DNA of 63,542 nt, filler included, from Olpidium bornovanus S191 (GCA_017911155.1; 28 parts of 28 records of this genome joined end to end with filler, not necessarily neighbours in it), one strand, 5' to 3'; shown: positions 24,466 through 36,958, counted from the whole stretch's first letter. Notes: generated from the letters alone by a model not told the origin. Numbers and translations: made by a program.

Positions 24466-26019
24466 CCTTCTCCCTCCTTCCTTCTTCTCACCCCCCCCGC
24501 CCCCCGCTCCCTGCCCCCTTCCCCCATGTTGTAGTCCACGTGGTCTACCGGAGTGCCCAATAGGCCAAGGTACATGTGGACCTGTGATGAGCCACGGGGA
24601 CCCCCCCGCCACGGCGATCCCTCCGCCACGGGGACCCCTCCGTCATGGGGACTCCCTTTGCCATGGCCGCCACGGCGCCCATCCACTGGCCCCCTAACCC
24701 CCCCCCCTCCCCTCCNNNNNNNNNNNNNNNNNNNNNNNNNNNNNNNNNNNNNNNNNNNNTTAATTAATTAANNNNNNNNNNNNNNNNNNNNNNNNNNNNN
24801 NNNNNNNNNNNNNNNCATGGCCATTAGGGAAGATTTGACGGGCTTCAAATTTTTTTGTTTTGTTTAGCTAATGGTCTAAATCTATTTGGTTATACCTATA
24901 ATTATTGCACATTTAATTAATTAATTAATTTTTTTTCTTTGAGCGCAGTTTTCGGCAACGAGCAGCCCTGGCCGGTCTACCGGCGCCTCGCCTTCCGTCT
25001 GCAGCAAAAACCGGCCCATCCAGCAATATGCGAAGCAACTGGTAAAGTTACGTTCCCGGCCTTGTAATTTACGACACCGTCGCACCGAACTCGGCCACGT
25101 GCCCAAAGCCCCCCTCGAAATGTCCGCTGGGCCTGCCAGGTCTGGCCGTCGAACACGTCCCCATCGTCGCGTCTTTCGACCATCTAGATCTTCGCCCAAG
25201 CGTGACCTGAAATGCGCCGCAGGTACTACCCTTACAAATGCGAAGTCCAACGGACGAAGGAAGCCCTAATGCGGATAAAGGTTACTCACCTGCTCATGTT
25301 GGTTATTAGGTTAGAGTTTTGACCACCCATTGGCAGGAACAACCCCGCTAAACTCCTGCCTCCCATCCCCCCCACCCCCTCCTCCCAGATGTCCCGTTGT
25401 GGCGCCTGCGCCCTCAGCACGCCCTCCTGCCGGCATCCGCCGGCACGCTCTGCGCACAATGACGAGCTTTGTAGGAGCTCACGAAGAAACCAGCAGGAAT
25501 CCGATTAGCGAAACTCAGGAGTATCAGCGTTGCATCCATAAAAGTGCTGCGTACTTACAAACATCTGGCCAGAAATTGTCGGGCGTCAGCCTCTGGTCAC
25601 CTACTTTTGATCTGTACCGCTGAGTTTTTGCTGTAGAATCCCGCGTTAGTGCCCCGGTGCACAGCGCGCGTGAAAGAAGGGTAGACCCCGAACTCTTTGA
25701 CGCGGGCGGCCAGACAAATTTTCACCTTGACGGCCCTCGCGTCTTCCCGGAGCGTCGTACGTGCGCGCAGGGATATTTGGTCCGCGCGCACGAACCGACA
25801 GGCTTCCAGCGGTAGACGAGGGCTCCGAGGGTTGCATCAGCGCCGCTCGCCGTTGTTTTGTTTTATTAATAATGTGTTTTTCGGGAATTATTGGTATGTT
25901 ATGTTTTTCGGAGGCGTAATGCGTGAGTTGTCCTACTCGGGTGTTTTGCCGAAGCCCCGCCGCCTCCCCTTTCCCGGCGCCACTCCGCGCCAAAGCCTCC
26001 GGCGCTCGTTCTGGGGCGC

Positions 26020-26172
26020 ATGGCAGCGCGGGCCTTGAACAGGACGGCCGGCGCGCGCCCGCCCTCGTCCTTCTCGCCGCCTTTTTCTCCGTCCCGGATG
26101 CTTCCCCTGAGGACCGCCAGTTCCCGCACCACGTCGACCAGACGCACCGTCGCGGGGGCTTGTGCAGCACTT

Positions 26173-26206
<34 letters not shown>

Positions 26207-28455
26207 TGCGACTGCCGCCCTCTCAACGCTGCGCGCTTTACGGCGGACGGTCCCTCTGTTATCCCTCCCGCGCCGCCACGCTGTTCGCCGCTCTGGCGCG
26301 CGTCGCGATTATCGCCGGCGCGGCCAGCACAACAACCATTCGACATTTTTCCCACAGTCAATGGCGCGCCTCTCCGTCGTCGCCCGCTTTGCGCTCAGGC
26401 GTCGGGACGCGGAAACGGGTGCGAACTGTGACTCAGATCACCCGACGGTGCCGCTCGACGCTCATAACACCAAAGTTGGAGGCGCAGCTTGGCAGGATCG
26501 TGGAAAAGTATGAGGCCCTGCAGAAGAGAATGGTGGACGAGGTATGCCCTTTCGGCCCCCCCTCCCCCTCTTCCTCCTCCCCCATTTCCCTCCCCCCGCA
26601 CTAAGTACATCGAAGAATCAAGCGTGACGAACCGACGAAACGGGCTCATTGACGGCGGATTTTGCCATTTTTGTTTTTTCCTTTCACTGACGAAGATACG
26701 CGGGATCCGTTCGCGCAGGCAGAGACGTTGTCGGCCGTTGAGATTACCGAATTATCCAAAGAGCTGGGGAGCGTCCAGACTGTGGCTAACGCGTGCAGCG
26801 CGTATGTGCGGCTTAAAGAAGTGGGTTAGATCGACGGCGGATTTTTGCGGTCGCACATGGTCAACTGTCGCCTCATCGGTCAGCACCGCCGCCACGTTTC
26901 TGTTTTGTGCTCAATCTTTTTCCAACTTGCTTCCCCTCCGTTTTCGTCTTATCGCTCGAAGTCCCTCGTCGAAATCGAAAAGATGATGTCGGACACGCGC
27001 ACGGACGATGAAATGTACGATCTTGCGCGGGAAGAGAAGAACGAATTATTATCGCGCGTAGACGATGCCGAAAAGGCCGTGGTCAAGGCCATGCTTCCAC
27101 GGGACCCCAAAGACGACGGAAATGCCATCATGGAGATCCGGCCGGGAACTGGCGGTAACGAAGCCAACCTGTTCGCTGCGGACCTTATGAGGATGTATCA
27201 GCGCTTCGCCCTCAATGTCGGCTGGAGATTTGAGCCGCTCGTCACCGACGTCGACGGGCACGGCGGGCTAAAGGTGAAGTGTCTTTGCAGGTGAACCCGT
27301 GAAACCAACTGATGAGTCTAATCAGCGTCTGTGAGGGACAAGTCAATGCGAGTATATCTGACAACTGCCATTGTTGCGCGCTCAGGAAGGCATCATGCGA
27401 ATTTCTGGCAAAGAGGTTTTCGGTCTACTAAAATTTGAAAACGGGACCCACCGGTGCGTAGGAGTAACCCGCGCAGTGGAGTCACGTAAATGACGCTCCT
27501 TCTTTGCGTGGACTGGTCGCTCAAGCGTTTCCGACTTCCTCTACGTCGGATAGTTCGTCGTAGCTTCCGCTTCTGCCCTTTTTAAATTTTTGATTTCGCT
27601 TCTCTGTTTGCCAAATCAGCGTTCAGCGCGTCCCTTTGACCGAGGAACAGGGGAGGCTGCACACCAGCGCTGCATGCGTGGTGGTGATGCCCGAGCGGGT
27701 CGACGACGTCCCCCAGATCCGCAAGTCCGACCTCGTCATCGACACGATGCGGTCGAGCGGAAAAGGCGGGCAGCACGTCAACACTACCGACTCGGCCGTG
27801 CGGGTTGTGCATGTGCCCACGGGGATCTCGGTGGTTGTAATGGATGAGAGATCACAACATTATGTGGGTTCTTTACTCTTTCATAGCTTTTGCGAGAAGC
27901 GAGGGACAGGGCTGGGCGGAGGGGAACTGGGCGGGCGGGGTAACAGTCAAAGCAGTTAAAAAAAGGAATGTCAAAGCAGGGAATTGATCGTCTGTCCCCA
28001 ATTTGCGTAAACGCTCGTCACATTTCCCGCCGCGTTTAGAATAAGGCGAAAGCCCTCGAGATCGTCTCTGCTCGCGTGGCGCACTTGACAAGAGCGAAGA
28101 GCGATGCCTTGCATGCGGCCACCAAGAAGAGCCTTCAGGGCACCGGCGAACGGTCAGACAAGATTCGGACGTACAATTTTCCGCAGGTGAGTCGCGACGG
28201 AAACACCCTGGTCAGCCGGATTTCCGCGCAGATTGGCATTCCAGAGAGCGCAGGTCTTTGTGCTTTACCGATCCTCATATGTCTTTCTCTCAACTCCAAC
28301 GGCCCCTACAACTTTGGAAGGACCGTGTCACGGATCATCGGGTGGGCCTTAGCAAATTCGGCATTGATCGCATGATGGAGGGAGAACTACTTGCGGAGGT
28401 GATCAACGCCCTTCGGATGGACGCCGAGACGAACGCCATGGCTGAATGGCAGTGA
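26020..28455 (+). CDS. MRF1: Mitochondrial peptide chain release factor 1; exons 26020 (or 26098)-26541, 26719-26820, 26962-27273, 27386-27453, 27620-27863, 28040-28186, 28321-28455
   Basis: [45 protein letters not shown] (PxT), [15 protein letters not shown] (GGQ), [23 protein letters not shown]-rich presequence-like N-terminus; start codon uncertain. Confidence 0.95.
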
Positions 28456-29020
28456 TTCGATGCCTTTGTTCGGCGAGAAACAGCCGGAATATCCTGACTT
28501 TCTTTGCAGGAGGTCACGTTTTGGTTCCTCGCGTCCGGTCAACAGGAGCAGTTTATCTCTTAAGTAACGAAAAGGCTGAGTTCGACCGTAGACCGTCGTT
28601 TTTTTTAGATACCATAGTTTCGGAGTAAGGCGCATAAACTCATGCAGAAATATTTTGCGGTCCGTTGTCCCCGCCGATTGCGAGCCCAAGTGGACGACGA
28701 TTGGAAGCCTTGTACCGCGGCATCTATCCAGCGATTTCTTTCAACCCGCTGAGAGCGCTGACGCGGCGCCTCCGCTTGATTTAACTTTTTGGGACGATTT
28801 GCAGGACCTCGTCCAGTCATTAAAATTCGACGCTCGACGAAAATCCGTTTTGTTTGCGCAAGGACGGATGGCTGCGCCTCAGTGATTTAATGCTAGACAG
28901 TTTTTTTTTATTTGCGCAACAAATTCCGAGTTTGGGGAGAAGCGGGGAAGGGGGTACAAGGGGGAACCGGGGGTGTCGGGAAACGACGGGGACGAGCGCG
29001 ACACCGGCGCCCTCGAAACG

Positions 29021-29849
29021 ATGAACGCACCGGACAGGTAAAAGGGAGGAGGGTGACAGCCATGAAAACGGTCGGGAACCCGCGGGTTGCACGGCCCCAT
29101 TTCCCGGGAGGGTGGCGGCGGCAGCGGCGGCGGCAGAACGTGGCCCGCGCGGAGACGAGAGCTTGCGCGGCCCAGGCGGCTCTGCGCGCGGCTTCTCGTT
29201 TCGAGCACGAAACATCAGGCGCACGAGAGGCGGAGGTCGCCGCGCCGGAAGTGACGGAATTCCCGTTCCATTCTGCGGACGCCGATGGCGGGAGATACAC
29301 CCACTGCCAGGGCCGCTGGGAGACAAGGGCTTTGCATGGACGCAGCACGGGGCGGGTGGACGGGGGGAAGTGACGCTTCCCAGAAAGACTGCCCTTTCTG
29401 GACCAAACGGCGGCGGCATTTGATGCGTCGAAACGCGGTGCACGAACCTGCTTTGCGCCCGTATCGTGAAAGTATATGGCGCAAGCGGGGGTTACGCGCC
29501 GCAAACGCCCTGTGCCGTTTCGGACCGCAAGGGCTCGTGGGAGGTCGGGAAAGAAGACTGCCGTAAGCCAGGGCCTGGTCCTGACCCGGCGTTGCACGTC
29601 TGCTTCAGGTTTGAGCTTTTCATTCTACCAGAAGGAGTACCAAAGTAAGTCTGCTTCGGCCCTTATGGGCGCGTGTTTACGACCGAAGGGCGGCGGAGAA
29701 AGAAGGGTCGGGCCTCTTCCCCTGGTGCGAAGCTCTCAACACCGTGTTGTAAATCTCAGGGTCTCCGTCACAGAGGACACCAAACTCCCCAACGCAGCCA
29801 CGTTTCTAATCGAAAAGGAGGACCACACCATTGGGAACTTGATACGGCA
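29021..29849 (+). CDS. RPB11: RNA polymerase II subunit RPB11, 5' partial gene; exons 29021-29037, 29609-29644, 29760-29849
   Basis: Spliced [47 protein letters not shown], the canonical RPB11/POLR2J N-terminus. Confidence 0.96.
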
Positions 29850-29962
29850 GTGCGTATTCCGCGCGAACGTGCGGGAAAGTTTTCGCCGGAGACCACGCCC
29901 CGCCGCTCACATCGTGCTTGTTTGCGTGGACGGCGGCAAGGAGCTCATTTCCCTGTTTTGTT

Positions 29963-29993
<31 letters not shown>

Positions 29994-30233
29994 GGTCCCC
30001 CGCCTTTCCCAAGCGCGCCGCACAAAAAAAAAGGGGTGGTTTTCCGCGGGGGCAAAGGGCGAGAGGCGGTCGAAGGTCGGAGGCGGAGGCGGGATCGAGG
30101 GCAGGACCGAGGGCAGGACGGCCCCCAAACCCGNNNNNNNNNNNNNNNNNNNNNNNNNNNNNNNNNNNNNNNNNNNNTTAATTAATTAANNNNNNNNNNN
30201 NNNNNNNNNNNNNNNNNNNNNNNNNNNNNNNNN

Positions 30234-30468
30234 CCTTGGAAAGGTTTCCACGAGACGATGACGTGTCTGCCTTCTTGCGTTCCAGACGTCTCAGTTGAGT
30301 TTGGGTGTTTAACAATTCTTCTCGCAGCGCGTTCATTTCCTCCAACGAGTTCACGTATGGGGTTGGCGTATCTGCGAAGGTGCCTCCTCCTGTAAGGCGG
30401 CCGGTTGAGAAAATAGAGCCTGTGCCTCTGCCTGCCTTGTTGGCGGTATCTCCGTTGTCCATCGGCAT
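30234..30468 (-). CDS. N-terminal fragment of an unidentified coiled-coil protein
   Basis: MPMDNGDT...YVNSLEEMNALREELLNTQTQLRRLERKK, open to the contig edge. Confidence 0.4.
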
Positions 30469-31146
30469 GGACCGGGGAACTGCTCTCAACCTGGGCTTGC
30501 CGATCTTTTCCCTTTGTCGATCGCGTCGACCGAAGTAATGCCAGACCGTCGGTGAGCGGAGGTGGCGGCGGGAAAGCGCAGCGGCGGATGCGAACGGTGG
30601 CAAAAAAGATGCGGCGGCGGCGGTGAGCGCAGTGGTGGAGGAGAGGACGGCGGCCGTCAAAGTCTCTTTGGGCTCAGATGAGCGGCCGGCAGGTGAGCTG
30701 CGGCAGCGAACGAGCCGGTGAGCAGCAGCGGAGAGCGCAGGAGGGGGGGGGGGGGGGGGGGGGGGGGGCCGGGGGGGGGCGAGGGGGGGGGGGGATGGGC
30801 AGCGCGTGGGGCGGGCGCCGTCGTCAACCTAAACCCTAAGTATGTTTTGCTCAAATGGCCCCATCCCGACTCCGCTAAAAAATACCAGGGTAACCTCGAG
30901 CTCATAACCTGTCGGTTTTTATTTTTACTTAGTTATTTATTTTTGATAACAAGAAAAAGAGGGAAAGACAGGGGGAAAAAAAAAAATAAAAGAAAAAAAA
31001 GCAGCAACCCGGGTGCGTCTGTGCGAGTGTGTGTGTGTGTGTAGTGTGTGTAGTGTGTGTGAGTGCGAGTGCGAGTGTGTGTGTAAGTGTGTGAGTGTGT
31101 GTGAGTGCGTCAGTGTGAAAAGGCCCGAGCCCGGGAAGTATCTTAT

Positions 31147-31915
31147 CTACAAGCCTTGAAGGTGGTTCGCGTACGCGGCAGGGTGGTGGAGCTGGCCGTG
31201 CAGGAGCTGCTGCTGCCGTTGGCGGGCCGCGGCAGCGGCCTGCTGCTGCTGCTGCTGCTGGAGCAGCCGGTTGGCGGCGGCGGCGGCGGAGGCAGTCGGC
31301 CCGCCCGCGCCGGCGCCGTAACTGCCCAGACCGCCCTGCTGCGGCTGTGGAGGCTGGCCCTGCGGCTGAGGCGGCGGGGGCACCATGTGCTGCTGCGCCG
31401 CCATCTGAAACGGGAAGCCCATCCCGCCCGCCGCGGCGACCGCGTGCACCGCCGCGAGGTGGTTCCCCCCCGCCGCCGCTGCTGCCGCCGCCGCCGCCGC
31501 CGCGGCCATCCCGCCCACCCCCGCACCCACCACCGCCGCCGAGTTCACGTGCGGCCGCTCCTCCAGCGCCTCGTACGACAGCACGTAGTCCTTCTTGACC
31601 TTTTCCCAATTGCCCGGGTCGAAGAAGATGTAGCTGCCGCGCTCGAACGACGCAGTCTTCGCCATCGGTTCCGTCCCGGGCTCCTTGGTAAGCCAAAGCC
31701 GCAGCTCCTTATGCCAGCGCCAATTCCGGTTGTAACTAATGTGGGTGTGATCCGTCCATCCGTCCGGGGGAAAAGAGGATTAGCGGGCCGTGCCCATGCA
31801 AAAATAGTTTCCCGCGAACTTTTCTTTTTCATTTCGCTGCTGAAAGCCGCACGCGAGGACGACGGGTTTTCTCACAGCTCTTGCGCGGCCGTCTCCTGCA
31901 TCAGGTCCTTCGGCA
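31147..31915 (-). CDS. NOT2: CCR4-NOT subunit NOT2, 3' part with long low-complexity tail; exons 31915-31876, 31735-31147
   Basis: QETAAQEL-YNRNWRWHKELRLWLTKEPGTEPMAKTASFERGSYIFFDPGNWEKVKKDYVLSYEALEERP matches the NOT2-type NOT box rather than the NOT3 type. Confidence 0.92.
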
Positions 31916-32015
31916 NNNNNNNNNNNNNNNNNNNNNNNNNNNNNNNNNNNNNNNNNNNNTTAATTAATTAANNNNNNNNNNNNNNNNNNNNNNNNNNNNN
32001 NNNNNNNNNNNNNNN

Positions 32016-33363
32016 CCCTTTTCGCAGGGCATCAGCGCCGCCGGCCGCCTCTATCCGATCCAACAGCTTGGAACGGTAGTGCCACGCTGAGTAATTGCTG
32101 AAGCTTTCCGCTATCTTCTTCGACGTGAAAAGGAGCTCCGAGTTCGTAGACGCCAGGGCAGTTATCCCAGACGCGGCCGCGAGCTTCGGCGCAATGTGTC
32201 GGCGGTAATCCCACGCGTGGACTGTGCGCGCCGGACGACGGGTGCCAGGTCAAGATAAGCGTTCCACCCCGCAACGTTTCGCGCGCGAACGCGCCGGGAA
32301 CCCCTCGTTCTCGCAAGACCAGACGCTTCGTCCGCGGAAAGCGGGAGAAGGGGAAGTCAGAGTCAAACTTGCCCCGACCCACAATTCCTATCGTCCTTCT
32401 CCAGCACCGCCGCGACGAGCTTCATCTCGTGGCGCCAGTCCGGGTTGGGCATGTTCTCGAGCACCCACCGGCGGTGGTTGAGAATCCAGTACGATTTCGG
32501 GTACGCCCGCCCGGCGTCCTCCAACATGCGCAGCTCCGCCGTCAGCAGCGCCTGGGCTTCGTCCTGAGAGCTGCGACGCGGCGGGCGTCGCAAAAAGGCA
32601 AATTCAGCGCGGAGCCCCTCAGCTCCCGGGAAGACCCGCAACCTCCCCGGCGTTTCCCTTCGCCGCCTCGTTCACCGCCAGGCGCAGGCGCCTTGCCTCA
32701 ACGCACCAGGACGCCGTTCGCTTTAGTAAGGCCTTCCTTCGAAGGTTCCAGGCGGTGTACATCTCCGGGTTTGCCGAGGCGAGCTTTGCCGACAGCGCGA
32801 GCGCCTCGTCCGTGAGCGCCGGGTCCACGCTATCCCAGGCGTCCCGCCATGCTTCGTTCTTCGAACGCGTGCGAGAATCGTTGAATACTTCTTTTTTCGC
32901 GCGGAAAAACGGCCCCGTTTCAAGGCCCGTCCGGGAAAAATAACAAAGGACGGTTCCACGGGCGCCGTACAAGCGAGAAGAACTTGTCGCACAGGGAAGT
33001 GTACTCGACGATCTTCGCTTTCTCCTTCTCGCGGCGAGCGGCCTCGACCTCGGCGGACGCCTTGACTTTCTTCCTGCCGTGCTGCGGCGAAATCCCGAAA
33101 TTAACGTCGAGTGGGGAAAATTTTCGGACCGCCAGAACCCCCGGCCCACGCCTAAGTTCGCTCTGCTCGTCCGACCAGGAGAGAACGGGGGACTCCACCC
33201 GACACGTTTTGCTCTTTTTTTTTTTATCCCCCGGTCCCGCCCTTTCCCCCGCCCCAACACACAGTCTGCTAACACACGCTGCCCTTCTCTGGGGCGGGCG
33301 TGGGGGAGTTGCGGACGCTCGAGCGCCGTGAGGGCGCCCCGGCGGCGCTTCCGCGCTCACCAT
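32016..33363 (-). CDS. BET4: Rab geranylgeranyltransferase alpha subunit, 5' partial gene; exons 33363-33361 (ATG only), 33081-32971, 32858-32707, 32570-32383, 32221-32016
   Basis: M-HGRKK start and PFTA repeats [50 protein letters not shown]. Confidence 0.93.
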
Positions 33364-33497
33364 AGCGCGGCTCGGCTCCGCCCAGAGCGACTCGCGCGGC
33401 TCGAGCCGGTTTGGCGGGGGCGGAGGCGGGGGGTCAAAGAGGGCGCGCGCGTGTGTAAGTGTGGGTGCGGGCGGGTGGCGGCGGATCCCCCCCCGCC

Positions 33498-33536
<39 letters not shown>

Positions 33537-33537
33537 A

Positions 33538-33640
<103 letters not shown>

Positions 33641-33748
33641 AAAAAACANNNNNNNNNNNNNNNNNNNNNNNNNNNNNNNNNNNNNNNNNNNNTTAATTAA
33701 TTAANNNNNNNNNNNNNNNNNNNNNNNNNNNNNNNNNNNNNNNNNNNN

Positions 33749-34688
33749 GGTGGCACCGACCTGCAGGACGAATGCTGCGAGGCGTCCCGGCACACGGACG
33801 GCTCGGCGCACCGCCACGGCCGCTGCGAGCCCAGCGAGCTCAGGGCCGCGGCCGCCCTGGCGGCCATGTCTCGCCTCGGGCTCGACGCGGCCGGCGTGGC
33901 GGACAGCCTCCGCCGCGGCTTGTGCGACGCGCGCTCGGCGCTGTTCCGGCTCCTGCAGGAAAAGGCGAGCTACAGGCGGAGACCGGGCGCGCCCGCGCCG
34001 CCGCCGTCGCCGCCGTTCGGATCCGCGTCGGGATCAGTCGCGCCGGAAGGCGACCCCGGGAGCGCAGCCCCGTGGCTCTCGGGCCGGCCGGTCGACGCAG
34101 CAGACAACGTACGTGCAGGTCCGAAACGTGCTCCGAACCGTTTTCCTCAAGAAGCGGGCCGAGGGAAAAGCGGGCAAGACCCCTTCCCCGCCCCCAAGCC
34201 TTTTTCTTTCTTTCTTTTTTTATTTGGGGGGGAAGGGGGGGGACAGTTCGGTTTCTGTCCCGCCGTCCTCGGGTACCGCGGTCTGTCGCCGATTCGCCGA
34301 CGTGTCTCTCTCTTTCTCTCTCTCTCTCCCTCTCATCCCCCCGCCCCTTCCCCTCCACCCTCGCGCTGCCATTCTCTTCGTCTGCACTGGGGCTCCCACC
34401 TATGCCACGGCGGGGACCATCCAGGTTTTGGACCCCCGGCCCCGCCCCGTGCCCATATCCCTGGGCGCAGCCTCCAAGGCGCCCGCTCCGGCGGTGCGGA
34501 CCCCCGCGCAGCCGCGCCGGCAGGACACCGGCCCGTCCGGCGCCGCCCAAAGACGGATCATCCGACGCCGGCGGAACAACCAGAAAGGGCGGACCGCCAT
34601 CGAGGAGGAATCCGAGCAGGAGGAAAAAGAGGAGGAGCGCCCGGATGCGGAGGAAGAAAGCGGGACGGCGGTTACGACAAAAGCGTAA
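33749..34688 (+). CDS. 3' part of a protein with a UBA-like segment resembling AMPK/MARK-related kinases and an acidic tail
   Basis: AALAAMSRLGLDAAGVADSLRRGLCDARSALFRLLQEK resembles kinase-associated UBA domains. The last exon ends ...EEESEQEEKEEERPDAEEESGTAVTTKA*. The kinase domain is not on this contig. Confidence 0.45.
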
Positions 34689-34738
34689 AGACCAACTGGG
34701 CGAGAAAGAAAGAAAGAAAAAACAGACAAGCAAACAAC

Positions 34739-34778
<40 letters not shown>

Positions 34779-35259
34779 GGCGGGGGGAAAAAAAAAAAAA
34801 AAAAAAAAGAAACCAAACGTCCATTGATTGACGACGGTTATATTGAACGTCGGAGTTGCGGAGAACAACAGAAAAAAAAACAAATGTTCTTGTGTTCATT
34901 GTTGACGACGCTATTTGTCACCGTCCATGGCGTTCAAGAAGTCGTCCATGGTTGCCGCTAGGCCAATACTCTGGAATTCCTTGGGCGGGTTTCTCCTTGT
35001 GACGCACACTCACACCAGCTATTGACATAATCCGTCCACCATGCCTCGCTCCTATGGCTGGCGCCGCACGACGATGGAAAAACGGTGAGGAACCGCAGTG
35101 CTCGCGATAGCATTAGCGGGTTGTTGTATTGACGCACCCGCTCCAGAAAACCGTGAAAANNNNNNNNNNNNNNNNNNNNNNNNNNNNNNNNNNNNNNNNN
35201 NNNTTAATTAATTAANNNNNNNNNNNNNNNNNNNNNNNNNNNNNNNNNNNNNNNNNNNN

Positions 35260-36958
35260 CATGCCCAGAAGGGGCCGACAGTCGGTTTCAATGACGAGAT
35301 GTGCTCCAATAAGATGTCGCCGTTCTTCCCGAAGAGCTAACCACAGCGCGTACAGCTCTCTCTTTGTCTGTGCGTATGCGCTGTCGGCGCCCAAAATGGC
35401 CGCGGCGGACATCGACCCCGCCTTCGATTACCTTAGCTTCGAACCCCGTTTCCCTCGATTCCCCTCTGGTTTCGTCTCTTTTGCATCGTTTTGCTCTTTT
35501 GCACCTTTGCTCTCTTGGATTATTTTGCTCGCTTGCGCCCGCCTTTTACTTTTGCTTACCGGAGTCACGTGCAGTGACGCCCTCCACTTGCTCGAGATGT
35601 TTTGGTTTCGCTGCCCCTTTTTTTCTCTGCCCAAAAGCAAAAACCTCGACGTCGAACGCAACGGAAACCCCCCCCCCAAAACAAACTCTACTATAGCCGA
35701 ACCGTTCGCTTCGAAATAAACAAAGCCGTCAGGCTTGCTCGAGCGTCGCATTCCCCTCCGGTCCCGTTCGAGCGGAGGCGTCGGCCGCCGCTACGGGTCA
35801 AGCAGCGTCGGCTGCTCTCTGCTTTTCGTTTTCTCCTCCTTTTGCGCAGCGCCGGCTGCGGAGAAGTTCAAGGCCGCGTCGTAGAGCTATCGACGTCGGT
35901 CTGAGTGCGACACGCAAGCCCGCCTATCAACCGGATTGCTCAGAGCCCCCTGCGGGCCCGAAGCCGACCCTGCCTTCTCTGCCGCTCGAACTCGATCTCC
36001 TTGCGGCGTCGGCTTTACCGCCGACAGCGCGCTGGGCCTCGTTGAAAGTCTTGGCACCGAACCGGGCGGGCTGGCGGTCTACCCCCGCCCCCTGAGAGAT
36101 CACCCAACCAGCAGCATGGGGCCCCGCGTCGACCGTGAGGTAGACAGGTCCCGCCGCAGCCTGATAGTCCAACTCCCGAAGGCAAGGAGCCGCTGAAACC
36201 AGGGTTTTTAACTCGTCCATTGCCTCGTGACACGCGCTGTTCCAATCCCATGGGGCCCCTTTGCGGAGCAGCGAGTAAAGCGGCTCCGCCACCTCCGCGA
36301 AGTGAGGAATAAAGGCTCGATACACACTCACCGCTCCCAAAAATCGTCTTAGCTCCTTGACCGTCGAACACGGCCGATTCGCCGTGACCCCCAGGGCCTT
36401 GCGCTCATCAATCCGCTTTCCGTAAGGCCCACACAGGAAACCCAATAGCATAATTTCACGTACCCCGAAAACTGACTTAGCTCCCGAGAAGGTGAGTCCC
36501 ACTTCCTCTGCCCGTGCCAGAATCATTTCTACGTCCCTGATGTGGTCTCGGACAAACACTCTGATTCTCGGCGCAACCTCCGACGCGTCCTCCTCCCCAG
36601 CCGCGGCTCCACGCATGGGGAAATCGTCAACGAACAGCTGGACAATATGCGGGATGAATGGCTCAAAAACTCAGGTTCTCGGCATTGACCACGTGGGCCA
36701 CCGAGTTTGTGCCACCTTGTGGCACGACAGCCATACGCAGAAGCCCATACGGCGTCTGCATAGCCGTCAGATCCCGGCTGTTCTGCTCCAATTGGAACTG
36801 ATCGTACCCGCTGTACAAATCAGCGAAACTGTAGATAGCCTGCCGGAGAATCCATCGACAACGTCTTCGATCCGCGGCCCCACGCTCGCATTCCTGATGG
36901 TGACTGCGTTCACCGGCTGACAATCTTGAATGAACCGCAAGCCTCCATCCTTTTTCAG
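35260..36958 (-). mobile_element. Ty3/gypsy pol (RT-RNase H) fragment, frameshifted and interrupted by a solo LTR
   Basis: KKDGGLRFIQDCQPVN, DLYSGYDQ, TPYGLLRMAVVPQGGTNS, LFVDDF, VKELRRFLG, TVDAGP, RFGAKTFNEAQR//AYAQTKRELYAL...VIETDCRPLLGM. Two frameshifts, near 36845 and 36665. Confidence 0.95.
35382..36026 (+). mobile_element. Solo LTR, 645 bp, TG...CA ends with 8-bp terminal inverted repeat and 4-bp TSD
   Basis: Starts TGTCGGCG, ends CGCCGACA, flanked by GCGC at 35378-35381 and 36027-36030. Removing it plus one GCGC restores CAG CGC GCA TAC (QRAY) in the host RNase H. Orientation inferred only from an AAATAAAC signal near 35715. Confidence 0.9.

Noticed and set aside
24913-24930. TTAATTAATTAA inside a contig
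   Set aside because: Part of an AT-rich (TTAA)n tract with no flanking Ns; either natural or a linker remnant, and not informative.
27274-27296. AG|GT inside MRF1 intron 3 as a recursive splice site
   Set aside because: The first sub-intron would be only 17 nt, and the frame does not need it.
27300-27360. CTGATGAG...CTGA in MRF1 intron 3 as a hammerhead ribozyme or C/D snoRNA
   Set aside because: GAAA is misplaced with no room for stems I and III, the C box lacks the 5' purine, and the CTGAC is best explained as the branch point.
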